Positions 25,887 to 35,485 of a DNA stretch of 64,000 nt are shown here, one piece after another. The notes beneath the pieces are model-generated. The model worked only from the letters and a program-made list of their open reading frames with translations. It had not been told where the DNA came from and did not search any database. Numbering within the stretch: the first letter of the stretch is position 1; every line of letters starts with the position of its first letter. Position numbers and translations under genes: made by a program. The stretch is from the sequence record NC_042018.1; one strand, given 5' to 3'.

Positions 25887-26537
25887 ATGGCTCTTATTAA
25901 TTTCGAAACCGCGTTTCTGGACAAGTTCAAAGCAGCTCACGTTGCCGAGCATGACCTGAGCGCCCTCCTGCCGCAGCACCTGTCTGTTGCCGCAGCAGCT
26001 ATCGCCGACGTGGGTGGTACTGCTAAGTTCAAAGGCAACGTCGTGTCTGTTGTGGGTTCTCCGATCAAGTTCTCTGCTGTTGATCAGCTGTGGAACCCGA
26101 CCAAGCTGTCTGCGCTGGTCATGGACGGTTACATCACTGAAACCGATCCGGCTGTGTTCACCTCGAACACCACCAAAGAAGTGTACACCGAAGTAGGTAC
26201 CATCGTTCTGCGTCTGGAAACCCTGACCGGTGACGGCGCGTCTGACCTCGACCTGATCAAAGATCGTCTGGGCGTCCTGACCAACTATGACTTCGCCACT
26301 GCGGGTAAAATCGTAACGGCTGACGGCGTAACCGGTCTGGTGCAGGTAACAGCAACTGACGGTTCTACCGAACTGAACGGTTCTGACCTGAAGTCCGAAG
26401 ATTTCGACCACGTGTACAAAATCGCCCTGGGCGGTAAACTGTTCGATAACGAACTGGTGTTCGTGGTTGGCGGTAACGGTACTGTTGAACTGGCGTCGAA
26501 AGACCTCGGTGACGTAGCTACCCAGCAGACTGTTTAA
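25887..26537 (+). CDS. putative abundant virion scaffold-family protein
   Basis: FETAFLDKF N-terminus, C-terminal LASKDLGDVA; strongly biased codons; late motif upstream. Confidence 0.65.
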   Translation: MALINFETAFLDKFKAAHVAEHDLSALLPQHLSVAAAAIADVGGTAKFKGNVVSVVGSPIKFSAVDQLWNPTKLSALVMDGYITETDPAVFTSNTTKEVYTEVGTIVLRLETLTGDGASDLDLIKDRLGVLTNYDFATAGKIVTADGVTGLVQVTATDGSTELNGSDLKSEDFDHVYKIALGGKLFDNELVFVVGGNGTVELASKDLGDVATQQTV

Positions 26538-26561
26538 GTCTCTCGTTAAATAAGCAACCTT

Positions 26562-26589
26562 CTACCCTACCCCGCAAAGGGTAGGGTAG
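26562..26589. terminator. bidirectional terminator
   Basis: CTACCCTACCC/GGGTAGGGTAG between convergent genes. Confidence 0.7.
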
Positions 26590-26602
26590 GGGTTTATACT
26601 GT

Positions 26603-27397
26603 TTATTTGTACATCAGTAATTCCGTAACTGATTGGCGTGTGTCACCTTTACAACTGATGAGCCGCATAATGTCCAGCTCAACTAAAGAGAATTCGCTAT
26701 AGAGTTCTTTTACAACATCATTGTTAGAGTTCGTGGCAATAACCTTTACACCTTTACTGGCTAATTCATTCAGGCGATATTTTAATTCTACCTGGTGAGT
26801 CATATTAAAGGGTTCTTTATTGTAGTTTGTAAAGTTGCTTGTGTAATTGAGGGGTACATAGGGTGGGTCGCAAAACACCACATCGTCTTTGTCTACCGAT
26901 GCTAACGTCTCTTCAAAGGACTGATGGAGAAACACGGCATTCTGACTGCGTCTATGAAAATCCAGTAACTCTTCTTCCGGGAAGTACACCGTTTTGTATT
27001 TTCCGTATGCGGCGTTAAACACCCCCTTCAGATTATACCGCACCAATCCATTAAAACTGTGGCGGTTTAAATACAACAGCAGCACGGCACGTTCATAAGC
27101 GTCCTCAGAGTTGTTGTACTCGTCTCGGAACTTAAGGTACTGTTCTGGATTGTTGTGTTTAAACAACGCCTGTGTGTCCTTTATAACGCGTTTAACGTTA
27201 TCCCTGACGGCAGTATGAAGACTGATTAAATCTTTGTTGTTATCTGAGAGAATATACTCGTCAAACTGGGTATTGAGAAAAACAGCACCGCTTCCCACAA
27301 ACGGTTCTATTAATCGCTTTCCAGAACCGACGTAGGGTAACAGTTGGTCGAGTACACGGGTTTTTCCGCCTACCCATTTCAAATACGGACGTATCAT
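26603..27397 (-). CDS. dam: DNA adenine methyltransferase (Dam, D12 class)
   Basis: LKWVGGK, IEPFVGSGAV (SAM motif I), YLNRHSFNGL.RYN..G.FN, FCDPPY (motif IV). Confidence 0.93.
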   Translation of the reverse strand: MIRPYLKWVGGKTRVLDQLLPYVGSGKRLIEPFVGSGAVFLNTQFDEYILSDNNKDLISLHTAVRDNVKRVIKDTQALFKHNNPEQYLKFRDEYNNSEDAYERAVLLLYLNRHSFNGLVRYNLKGVFNAAYGKYKTVYFPEEELLDFHRRSQNAVFLHQSFEETLASVDKDDVVFCDPPYVPLNYTSNFTNYNKEPFNMTHQVELKYRLNELASKGVKVIATNSNNDVVKELYSEFSLVELDIMRLISCKGDTRQSVTELLMYK

Positions 27398-27429
27398 GGA
27401 GTGCCCTTAACATACAGTAATTTTTACGT

Positions 27430-27449
27430 CTACATTATTAACATGAATA
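27430..27449 (+). promoter_or_regulatory. putative early phage promoter
   Basis: CTACATTATTAACATGAATA. Confidence 0.75.
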
Positions 27450-27480
27450 ACGTATAGTATTTTTACTTGGAGTGTAACGA

Positions 27481-27909
27481 ATGAAAAAGGTAATTGCAGG
27501 TCTGGTTGCAGGTTTAGTTTTAGTATCCGGTTCAGCGTTCGCCGATACCGTGTTTTATTGTAAAAGTGATACTACTATGGTAACCGTCGTAGAGAAAAAC
27601 AATATCTTTACGTTTAGCCAGTTTGAGAAAGGTCGTACCAAACCTGTGTTGTCTATTTCCAAACCCCGTGACAGCCTGGGGATGGACATCAGTACCGAGA
27701 ACGGCCGCGACTTTGCCATCTCGCTGATGTTCGTAGAAGGCGACATTGTTTATCAAGCTGCCAACGATAAACAAGGCGGTAAGAACTACGGCAGCTTTGA
27801 AGTGCTGCGCATGGGAACGTCCGTGGGATTTGGCAAGTGTGAGCCTGACAGTTACATCCAGAAACTCACCGATGCGAAAACCATGAAAGACATCACGGTC
27901 GTTGATTAA
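27481..27909 (+). CDS. secreted/periplasmic protein
   Basis: Signal peptide ...GSAFA-D; two Cys. Confidence 0.8.
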   Translation: MKKVIAGLVAGLVLVSGSAFADTVFYCKSDTTMVTVVEKNNIFTFSQFEKGRTKPVLSISKPRDSLGMDISTENGRDFAISLMFVEGDIVYQAANDKQGGKNYGSFEVLRMGTSVGFGKCEPDSYIQKLTDAKTMKDITVVD

Positions 27910-27945
27910 CGTTATCAGTTATTCCACATAACAAAGGAAGGCAAT

Positions 27946-28785
27946 ATGTTTAGCAAGAACCTTGACTGGTTTACTCGGTCATCCTATTTTGGTACCTGGA
28001 GTCGTGTGTTGCTGCGAATGGGCGGTGACTACCCGAAGCAGGTTGAAATCTCGCTCAATACCCCCAACAATTGGGATTTGGAATGGCGGGATATGCTGCA
28101 GTGTCGGGTGCGTGTTCATCAGACACCGAAAGCAGAACGGGATGTGTATATTCATAACCTTCCCGACAGCGTGTACGACACCCTGGTAGATCATTTCGAT
28201 ACAGAGACGGCGGACTTCTTTGTTCATACCGACCTTTATAAAATGATTGACTGGGAAAACTTCGACGAAGTTGAAGCTGACTGGGTCGGCGGTGGCGGAG
28301 TACCTATCGCACTGGTGATTAAGTCCCAGGCGTGGTTACCAAACCAGATGCGGGACTACTGGGAAACCAACCGTGCTACCTTGTGTGAAAGCTTCTACAT
28401 TCACCGTGATGCCCGCATGCAAGCCAAGCTGCGTTTACTGGCCAACAAGTTCAATCCTGAAGATGCCGGTGACTTCGGTAGGTTCATGAACTACGTGACC
28501 ACGGCCGATAACGTGTGGAACCCTGAGAAGTATCAGAACTCACGGGTTATGTCTGGCAACAGCTTCGGTAAAGAATCCTGGTTCCGTTACCAGTACGTGT
28601 TAGGTAACGCCTTTGCCGAAGGTTACATCGATACTTTCCAGTTCCGAATCTTTAAGAACCACTCGAACTTCCAGCTGTATATGAAGACCCGCGACGGCAA
28701 GTGGCCTGAGAACTGTACCTACAGTGTCACGGTCGATAAGAAGAACGACATGATTGCGTTCATTGCTGACAAACTTAACCATTAA
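27946..28785 (+). CDS. hypothetical protein
   Basis: 279 aa, RBS AAGGAAGG. Confidence 0.8.
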   Translation: MFSKNLDWFTRSSYFGTWSRVLLRMGGDYPKQVEISLNTPNNWDLEWRDMLQCRVRVHQTPKAERDVYIHNLPDSVYDTLVDHFDTETADFFVHTDLYKMIDWENFDEVEADWVGGGGVPIALVIKSQAWLPNQMRDYWETNRATLCESFYIHRDARMQAKLRLLANKFNPEDAGDFGRFMNYVTTADNVWNPEKYQNSRVMSGNSFGKESWFRYQYVLGNAFAEGYIDTFQFRIFKNHSNFQLYMKTRDGKWPENCTYSVTVDKKNDMIAFIADKLNH

Positions 28786-28825
28786 TCTATTTGAAGGGGA
28801 GCCCATCTCCCCGTAAGGAAATAAC

Positions 28826-29266
28826 ATGACTCTGAACTTAGTAGAAACCCACGAAGAAAATACCACCCCGGCTTTCAGCATCATTACCGTTGACCGCTTT
28901 GGTGAAGAAACGCTGTGCTATGTTGACCAGGACGAATTCCTGGGTGAAGCACTGCTTTCCTTTGACGAGGATGGCAGCAGTCGTTTCGGTGTGCTGTACG
29001 ACAACAATGAAACTCACTCTCAGATTATGATGGTGAACTATTTCAGCGGCGATCTGGAAATGCTGAAACTGGTTGCGTACCGTAATGATTCCGAGCTGGT
29101 GCTGACCTGCTGTATCGAAAACGAAGACGGAGCCGATAAGCGTCTTAATGACGTTGTTGACTTCCTGAACAGTTCAGAGAAACTTCTGATGATTAATGGC
29201 GATGTTTGGACGGAGATTCTGAGCGCATACGGGAACTGCATGGATCGCTTCCAACAGGAGGCGTGA
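28826..29266 (+). CDS. acidic hypothetical protein
   Basis: 146 aa, RBS AAGGA. Confidence 0.8.
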   Translation: MTLNLVETHEENTTPAFSIITVDRFGEETLCYVDQDEFLGEALLSFDEDGSSRFGVLYDNNETHSQIMMVNYFSGDLEMLKLVAYRNDSELVLTCCIENEDGADKRLNDVVDFLNSSEKLLMINGDVWTEILSAYGNCMDRFQQEA

Positions 29267-29267
29267 T

Positions 29268-29741
29268 ATGGTTACTCGTCGCTTGACCTCACGGAACCGG
29301 GTTAACTCAGCACACTATGTGGTTAACCATGTTCATTATGCCCGTAACGGCATTTACGAAATTAAACTGGCAGAGTTTCCCGCTGACCGCATTCTTAACT
29401 CCGACGAATCATTAGAGCGTCTGGCCCGAGCAATGCAGCGCGAAGCCTTTATTGTGGAATACTATCCCAGCTTAGCCCACAACCCGAACAAAGACAAGCA
29501 GTGTGCGAAAGTCCTCAAAGCTTGGTACGACGCCAAAGAACGTGTTATTCGCGGCATGGTTCAACTTGAGGGACATTATGCACGTCACCTTGACCAACTG
29601 ATTCGGTATTCGGGTGAATTGACGTTGGCCATTCGTGGGAAGTATCTGCCGGGTGGTCTCAACAAGAATGAATCTACTACCTTTACCTACACGGAAATCA
29701 CCGGTTTCCGTTTAATGATCCCTAACGTTCGCTCTTGGTAA
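29268..29741 (+). CDS. hypothetical protein (possible degenerate prohead-protease-like fold)
   Basis: 157 aa, RBS GGAGG; see findings. Confidence 0.7.
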   Translation: MVTRRLTSRNRVNSAHYVVNHVHYARNGIYEIKLAEFPADRILNSDESLERLARAMQREAFIVEYYPSLAHNPNKDKQCAKVLKAWYDAKERVIRGMVQLEGHYARHLDQLIRYSGELTLAIRGKYLPGGLNKNESTTFTYTEITGFRLMIPNVRSW

Positions 29742-29767
29742 TCCAATTACTTAATAAGGACAGTACA

Positions 29768-30400
29768 ATGAACAAGCATTCTTTCTTCTCCTCACTCGCT
29801 TCTTTCCGTAACCCTGAGTTCAAACAAATCGCCTTTCAAAGAAAATGTGTTACCGCTATTCGCGAGCACCTGAAATGGTTGGTAACGGATTTTGAACTCA
29901 CTGACGATCTTTATCAGGAAGGCCGTCCTATTTTGCTGGAGCCCAGCAAAACCAAAGTGGACGATAATCTGGAACTGGTGATTGCAACAGAGATTGATTT
30001 ACGCGGTCACATTCTGACATACATTGCTTTCCACAGCTATAAAGAGAAACAACCTAAAGCCAAAGAAGGCAAAGTGGATGACACGTCTAAAGTGAACCAA
30101 CCCACTGGATTTGGTTTCAGTCGCCAGTCATCTGATCGTGACTCTCGTACTCCGTGGCCGACTTCAATGGATCCGAAAGACACAGAAACCCACACTGTTT
30201 CAATTAAGCGTCTCAGTGATCACATCTCAACTTTCTCAGTGCCGCGTTCTCAGGTACGACATGAAACTGTTCGTGGGCCGGAACTGTCGTTGATCGATAC
30301 ATTGACACAAGACCACCAATTACGTGAAGCGCTGTGGAAAGCTGAGTTCCGTATGTTCTATTCTGAAGAAGAAGCCATCTTTACTGTTGCGATAATCTAA
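29768..30400 (+). CDS. hypothetical protein
   Basis: ATG 29768 after AAGGA; 210 aa. Confidence 0.75.
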   Translation: MNKHSFFSSLASFRNPEFKQIAFQRKCVTAIREHLKWLVTDFELTDDLYQEGRPILLEPSKTKVDDNLELVIATEIDLRGHILTYIAFHSYKEKQPKAKEGKVDDTSKVNQPTGFGFSRQSSDRDSRTPWPTSMDPKDTETHTVSIKRLSDHISTFSVPRSQVRHETVRGPELSLIDTLTQDHQLREALWKAEFRMFYSEEEAIFTVAII

Positions 30401-30633
30401 TGATACGCGAGCTGGAAAACGGCAAGCGGTACTTAAGTTACTCCGGTCGACCCTTTCAGGTCACCGGGGTAATGCAGTATGCGCTGAACTGTTCAGTCAG
30501 GGCAGTTCGATATATCAACCTTCTTCCAACCGACGATGCCGCAGCAGGTACTGAGTGGTATCTGGAAGAGTCTGTGTTTTTAAGAACGTTCCGGTACGAC
30601 GATACCGAGACGTATGTCACGAGGGTAGAATAA
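30400..30633 (+). CDS. DUF1653-like small protein
   Basis: GKRYLSYSG..FQV.GV...AVRY.NL....W pattern. Confidence 0.55.
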   Translation: MIRELENGKRYLSYSGRPFQVTGVMQYALNCSVRAVRYINLLPTDDAAAGTEWYLEESVFLRTFRYDDTETYVTRVE

Positions 30634-31289
30634 TGGAACCAATTGTCAACAACCGTGTAGTAGAACCGTCACATACTGTCAGTGAAGACATCTACCTGTT
30701 ATCGATGTCTGCGGTCGGTGATATCGCAAAAGCGATTTACGTCAGTATCTTTGCGTTGGTGAATGAACCCCACCAGGTAAAGAACGTTAAAGTTCACCGT
30801 GCCCGTATCGTTACCGATGATCGTCGTCGCTCTATGCAAAAAGACTTTATCGGTAAAGTTCGTTTCCTGGAAGCCCGCTGCGGGAATCACCTGTTGGAAA
30901 ACTACTGCACGGATAAAGTAACGGGTATCAATAACTTCGTGTTTTACCCCACCGCCTTTATCAACGAATATTGTGCAAACAAAGTCAACAGCGCGAAAGC
31001 GTTAGCTGAAACCTTTGAACAGCATGGTGTTGCTACGTCCTACATGGAACTGGGAATGGCGCTTAACTTGATTGCACATCAATACCAATCCAGCGCCATG
31101 GCCGGTGAGTTCCACCAACATCGCATGGAACTGTTGGACAACATCAAACAACAGGTACAAGACAATTTCCCGGAGTTAATGATTGAAGAACATCGGATGA
31201 TTGTTGACGGTCCGATTTTCTACAAGCTGCGTAAATGCCCCGGCAATGTGGAGAAAGACAATGTCTCAGTTGAAGACGAGGATGAATGA
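30633..31289 (+). CDS. hypothetical protein
   Basis: TAATG-coupled start at 30633; RBS GAGGG. Confidence 0.75.
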   Translation: MEPIVNNRVVEPSHTVSEDIYLLSMSAVGDIAKAIYVSIFALVNEPHQVKNVKVHRARIVTDDRRRSMQKDFIGKVRFLEARCGNHLLENYCTDKVTGINNFVFYPTAFINEYCANKVNSAKALAETFEQHGVATSYMELGMALNLIAHQYQSSAMAGEFHQHRMELLDNIKQQVQDNFPELMIEEHRMIVDGPIFYKLRKCPGNVEKDNVSVEDEDE

Positions 31290-31428
31290 TGCCTTCCTCG
31301 ACCACCTGCTCAAAACCTCGGCCCCAGCTACCGCGCCGAAAGCTAAACCCGATTTTACTCCGCCGCAACCCGCAACGTTTCGGCAAATCTTTTCCACTAC
31401 TTTAGAGAAAGCTAAAAATGAACGATAA
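31261..31428 (+). CDS. small hypothetical protein (start uncertain)
   Basis: Fills the gap between coupled genes; Pro/Ala-rich. Confidence 0.45.
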   Translation: MSQLKTRMNDAFLDHLLKTSAPATAPKAKPDFTPPQPATFRQIFSTTLEKAKNER

Positions 31429-32116
31429 ACAGATTGATGCGATTATTGACGATATCATGAACCTGGACAAAAAAGCCGAGTTTCTTCCTATCGTCACGCC
31501 GGATGGAAAAGAAACCCTTGTCAGTGTCGACACGGTAATGAAGGCTATCGGCCTGGCTAAACTGCACGAAGGTGAAATCTCGCCGGTTATTCTCGGAGAG
31601 CAGGTTATCTTCGATCACAAAGATCGCATCTCCGGTAACCGTTATGTGTTCTACACTCATGACCGGGTAGTAACGGCGTTCGACTTAACGGTTTGTGTCA
31701 TGAACAAAGACAACAAACTGATTAAGCGTGGGGTGGTTGCAGAGCTGTGCGGTGAGAGTTTCTTGTTTGCTCGCTTCATGGAAAACCTGTACCAGGAATT
31801 CAGCTTTGCGTTTGCGTACCCGGCAACCACTACCATTCTCAATATGGCCAAAGCTGGATTGGTCGGTAACGAAGTTGACGAAGGGAACTGGGAACCGCTG
31901 TTGAACGGTAACAAAATTACTGATAACGGCGAAGTTATTCCTCCCGGCTTTAAACTGACCGAAGGTGACCAAAGTAAAGGGGTCATTGTTCAGGTTCTGG
32001 AAGACCACGATCTTCCGCACAATGAAAAGGGTGAGATTGCTGAAGTAGCACGATACACCACCCCCACTTTCCCAAACAAATCAAAAATTGGCTTTGACCC
32101 AAAGGATAAGAACTAA
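31418..32116 (+). CDS. hypothetical protein
   Basis: 232 aa. Confidence 0.8.
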   Translation: MNDKQIDAIIDDIMNLDKKAEFLPIVTPDGKETLVSVDTVMKAIGLAKLHEGEISPVILGEQVIFDHKDRISGNRYVFYTHDRVVTAFDLTVCVMNKDNKLIKRGVVAELCGESFLFARFMENLYQEFSFAFAYPATTTILNMAKAGLVGNEVDEGNWEPLLNGNKITDNGEVIPPGFKLTEGDQSKGVIVQVLEDHDLPHNEKGEIAEVARYTTPTFPNKSKIGFDPKDKN

Positions 32117-32117
32117 T

Positions 32118-32645
32118 ATGTTACACGTTAATTTAAGCATGCCCCAGCAGACTCGTTTCGGCCACGCTCTCCTGCACTTCTGGTACGGTTCTAAATCAGA
32201 AGAGATGCGTGGGTTGGTTATCTCCATGACCGGTTACCCTCATAACGGCGGCGAACATTCACTGACCATCGGCGCTAACCCGAAAGATGTCATTGCCTGG
32301 GTGCAGCTGTTCCGTGATGAGTTCCCGTATGTGGACGAGGAAATCCAGCTGCTGCTCAAAGAGTTGGAAGGCAAGACCACGGGCAAGGTTAACTTGATTC
32401 AGGTAATTCGTGACAACAAAGAAAGCCTGTTATGGCAGTGGGTGCGTTGTCAGGACCGTTTCATTAACCCTGTTGATGGGAACGTGGATAAGAAGCAATT
32501 CATTCGCAAACATGTTGCTGGTCAACAACAACCGTTTGTGGGTCGTCCGGTCCGTACCGAAGAAGCACCTGATGAAATCCACTGCCGTAAAGAAGACGCA
32601 CCGGCAGTCATCGAACATATCAAACAACACGGGCGGGTACATTAA
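32118..32645 (+). CDS. hypothetical protein
   Basis: ATG 32118 after AAGGA; 175 aa. Confidence 0.75.
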   Translation: MLHVNLSMPQQTRFGHALLHFWYGSKSEEMRGLVISMTGYPHNGGEHSLTIGANPKDVIAWVQLFRDEFPYVDEEIQLLLKELEGKTTGKVNLIQVIRDNKESLLWQWVRCQDRFINPVDGNVDKKQFIRKHVAGQQQPFVGRPVRTEEAPDEIHCRKEDAPAVIEHIKQHGRVH

Positions 32646-32953
32646 TGTCTCGACTGAAAGAGTTTGCGGTGGTCTCTGAAACCACCGGTAAGGTCCTGGG
32701 ACGCTACTTAGAAGATAAAGTGACCGGATGTATCAAGAAGTTCCGTCACCTCTCCTACGGCGTTTTGAAGGACGGTGAAGTGGTATCCCACGATACCGTG
32801 ATGCTCACGTCTACCCAAAAATACATCCACGCAGTAAAAGAAGTAGGTAACGACAAGTTCGTGGTGGATGGCAAAGCGTTTGGTCACGATGTTGAAATTT
32901 TGATGGTGCTCCAAGACTGGGAAGTTGAACCGGTTCAAGCTGCTGTCATTTAA
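32645..32953 (+). CDS. hypothetical protein
   Basis: 102 aa, TAATG-coupled. Confidence 0.75.
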   Translation: MSRLKEFAVVSETTGKVLGRYLEDKVTGCIKKFRHLSYGVLKDGEVVSHDTVMLTSTQKYIHAVKEVGNDKFVVDGKAFGHDVEILMVLQDWEVEPVQAAVI

Positions 32954-32972
32954 TCTGCAGAAGTATTCGTCT

Positions 32973-32992
32973 CTACATCATTAACGTGAATC
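32973..32992 (+). promoter_or_regulatory. putative early phage promoter
   Basis: CTACATCATTAACGTGAATC. Confidence 0.7.
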
Positions 32993-33008
32993 TAACCAGG
33001 GGGTAGTT

Positions 33009-33302
33009 ATGGAACCTAAAAATGAAGTAGTAAAAATTATTGTCGACACCTTGATTGAATTCGTTGAAGGCAAAGAAGGAGACGATAAGTTTACCATTAA
33101 AGAGTTAGTCCAAGGGTATTGTAAATCCGACTCCCCGACTCACATGAATATGGCAGCGGTTTATAAACAAACATATGAGCAATTGCTGATTCGTGACCTG
33201 GCTTATGTTGGTGGAATGCCGGAAGGTGCGGGACTAGAAGATGTGGTATGGTATCGCAAGTTTGACAACGGTGTGTATGAACTTTATAAGGCATGTAAGT
33301 AA
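33009..33302 (+). CDS. hypothetical protein
   Basis: 97 aa, RBS AGGGGG. Confidence 0.75.
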   Translation: MEPKNEVVKIIVDTLIEFVEGKEGDDKFTIKELVQGYCKSDSPTHMNMAAVYKQTYEQLLIRDLAYVGGMPEGAGLEDVVWYRKFDNGVYELYKACK

Positions 33303-33484
33303 TGACTTCTAAAGATTTCAACAAACAGTGGGAACAACGTAATAAAGAACGTTGGCCTGGGTTGACGTGCCCTGTCATACACGTTACTGAAAATGTGGAT
33401 GTTGACAAATTGCTTAAAGAAGCAAAGCAACCAATTATGGTTTGTCAGCTAACTATCAAAAACATGGGTTTTGTATCAAAGTAA
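33302..33484 (+). CDS. small hypothetical protein
   Basis: 60 aa, TAATG-coupled. Confidence 0.65.
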   Translation: MTSKDFNKQWEQRNKERWPGLTCPVIHVTENVDVDKLLKEAKQPIMVCQLTIKNMGFVSK

Positions 33485-33497
33485 AAGGAGAATGGCA

Positions 33498-34421
33498 ATG
33501 GGTATGTTTGACAGTATCAAAGTGGAAGAGAACAACGTTTGCAATATCGTTATCCCGGTAGACGAGTATCAAACCTACAGTCTGGATAATCAGTGCTGGA
33601 CGTACCGCATTACTCAAGATGGTAAGTTGGTTGTTGACAACAAACCCAGCGACTACGCAAAGCCTTACGACGAGCAATTCCGTCGTTGCTTGAGTGACGG
33701 GGCGTTCGCTTTGGGCAGAATTAACGCCGGTCTGTTTGAAGGTGTTATTCAAATGGGTGGGGACGTCAAAGAGACTGGCGAATGGAAAGATTACACACTG
33801 TTAATTCACGGTAGTGAAATCCAGTTTGTCACCGCTTACGACGAAGTCATTTACAGTCGCGATCCTGAAAGCAACGATAGCTTTAAAGAAGCCATTGAGC
33901 GAGAATGGAATCAGTCACCGACTTCAGCAACACAAAATATCATGTTTCAGCAGATGATGTCGACTAAGCATCTTCTCATGAAGCCGGCCACAACGGAAGG
34001 TGTGCGTGCAGCCAATGGCATACTTACAGAAACCATGGCAAAGATGGGGTTCAATATAGACGGCACCCCTAAAGAAGACGCTGTTGTTGATCCCGAGCAA
34101 AAAGAGTTTGTGGAAAGGTTAGCGGCACAACTTCCTGGAGTCATTCGTCCCGATGGCAGTATTGATATCTATCAACTCATCCGGGGCCAAACAGGTGATC
34201 TGAATGTTGAGATGATTAAGCAACTCAACGAAGCACCTTTCATGGACCATTATGCTGATGGGATTGTTAACCTGGGTTCAAACCTGGAATCTCGTTGTGC
34301 GTCTCGTTCTTTGCTAACCAAAGAAGAAGCAGAGAAAGGGTTTAAGCTCGAAACAGAAGCTCGCAGAGAAAAACTGATAGAAGCAATAAAGAAAGGAGGG
34401 GATGATGGAAGTAAAATTTGA
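33498..34421 (+). CDS. hypothetical protein (MGMFD N-terminal motif)
   Basis: ATG 33498, 7 nt after AAGGAG. Confidence 0.75.
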   Translation: MGMFDSIKVEENNVCNIVIPVDEYQTYSLDNQCWTYRITQDGKLVVDNKPSDYAKPYDEQFRRCLSDGAFALGRINAGLFEGVIQMGGDVKETGEWKDYTLLIHGSEIQFVTAYDEVIYSRDPESNDSFKEAIEREWNQSPTSATQNIMFQQMMSTKHLLMKPATTEGVRAANGILTETMAKMGFNIDGTPKEDAVVDPEQKEFVERLAAQLPGVIRPDGSIDIYQLIRGQTGDLNVEMIKQLNEAPFMDHYADGIVNLGSNLESRCASRSLLTKEEAEKGFKLETEARREKLIEAIKKGGDDGSKI

Positions 34422-34848
34422 TGTTACTCCGGCGCAGCTTAAACGTTTAATGGGTAACAGCCAGACCGATAAAGAAGTGGTTGCTCGGCTTATCAGCGCG
34501 ATAAACCAGTCGGAATTCTTTAAGTCGATTGATGATCTGGCTAGCGATATTGTTGCTCATATTTTGAACACCGTTACCGTTAAAGCCAATGAACGTGGTT
34601 TCTCTATTGCCGGGACGGCAATGTTTTATATCACTAACGTTAACCCCCAGAAATTCGACAAAGAAGTATTTGATACGCTGGTAGAAATGGTTAGAAATCG
34701 TTTATTGAAAATGGGACTAATCTACAAGCATCCTGAATGCGATAAAGTAACTGACGGTGACCTGTGGAAGTTCGGTGAGAATCAACCGGCCATATTCAGG
34801 GACTCTGCTGCGTTTCACTTCGCCCACACATTCTCTCAGTTTAAATAA
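34402..34848 (+). CDS. hypothetical protein
   Basis: 148 aa, RBS AGGAGG. Confidence 0.75.
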   Translation: MMEVKFDVTPAQLKRLMGNSQTDKEVVARLISAINQSEFFKSIDDLASDIVAHILNTVTVKANERGFSIAGTAMFYITNVNPQKFDKEVFDTLVEMVRNRLLKMGLIYKHPECDKVTDGDLWKFGENQPAIFRDSAAFHFAHTFSQFK

Positions 34849-34856
34849 GGCACAAC

Positions 34857-35063
34857 ATGGAAAAGGTCAAACGTCTGTACGTCATGGTTAACAACACCCG
34901 TGTGGGTTCCGGTTATACAGACTATAACCGCGCAGTAAAGAAGTTCAATCAGGCAGTTAAAAGCAACAGCGGCAACAATAAAGTAAGCCTTGTTATTCTT
35001 ACCGACAAGAATAACAAAGTTGAGCTGCTGTCTAACCAATCACAAGAGCAGTTCGCTGCTTAA
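34857..35063 (+). CDS. small hypothetical protein
   Basis: 68 aa, RBS AAGG. Confidence 0.65.
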   Translation: MEKVKRLYVMVNNTRVGSGYTDYNRAVKKFNQAVKSNSGNNKVSLVILTDKNNKVELLSNQSQEQFAA

Positions 35064-35076
35064 TTAGTATTACTCT

Positions 35077-35090
35077 ATAACTACAATATC
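35077..35090 (+). promoter_or_regulatory. putative second-class (middle?) promoter or operator motif
   Basis: ATAACTACAATATC, identical at 20958; lies upstream of the HTH gene. Confidence 0.4.
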
Positions 35091-35103
35091 CTAAGGAACC
35101 ATT

Positions 35104-35478
35104 ATGTCCCGTAAATTAAAATCCGTAGAGTCTGTAACTCGTTTCGCCTTAACCCGTCTGTCTTCTATGCTGTACCGTCTGCATAAAGAAAAGACCATGA
35201 AAGAAATTGCTGAACGTGCTGGCGTATCAGCGAGTGTTCTGTCGAGCATCAAAAACGACACTATTAAAAGCATTGCGCTCCCGCGTGTACTTCGCATCAT
35301 TGAGAACCTCAACGTTGAGTACACAATGAACATTAGCAACCGCGCCGGCATCAAATACTACTCCTTTGAAATGGAAGGCTACGGTCACTTTGGGCGGTCT
35401 GATAAAGACACTGTCGAAGTTCGTGAGCCGGGTAAGAAATTGCCCAAACACATTCCGTCTACTGTCCGCTATAACTGA
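35104..35478 (+). CDS. XRE/Cro-type helix-turn-helix protein
   Basis: KTMKEIAERAGVSASVLSSIKND helix-turn-helix. Confidence 0.8.
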   Translation: MSRKLKSVESVTRFALTRLSSMLYRLHKEKTMKEIAERAGVSASVLSSIKNDTIKSIALPRVLRIIENLNVEYTMNISNRAGIKYYSFEMEGYGHFGRSDKDTVEVREPGKKLPKHIPSTVRYN

Positions 35479-35485
35479 GGTTACC

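Noticed and set aside
26603-27909. Type II restriction-modification system
   Set aside because: No endonuclease next to dam; the neighbours are a structural-type gene and a secreted protein.
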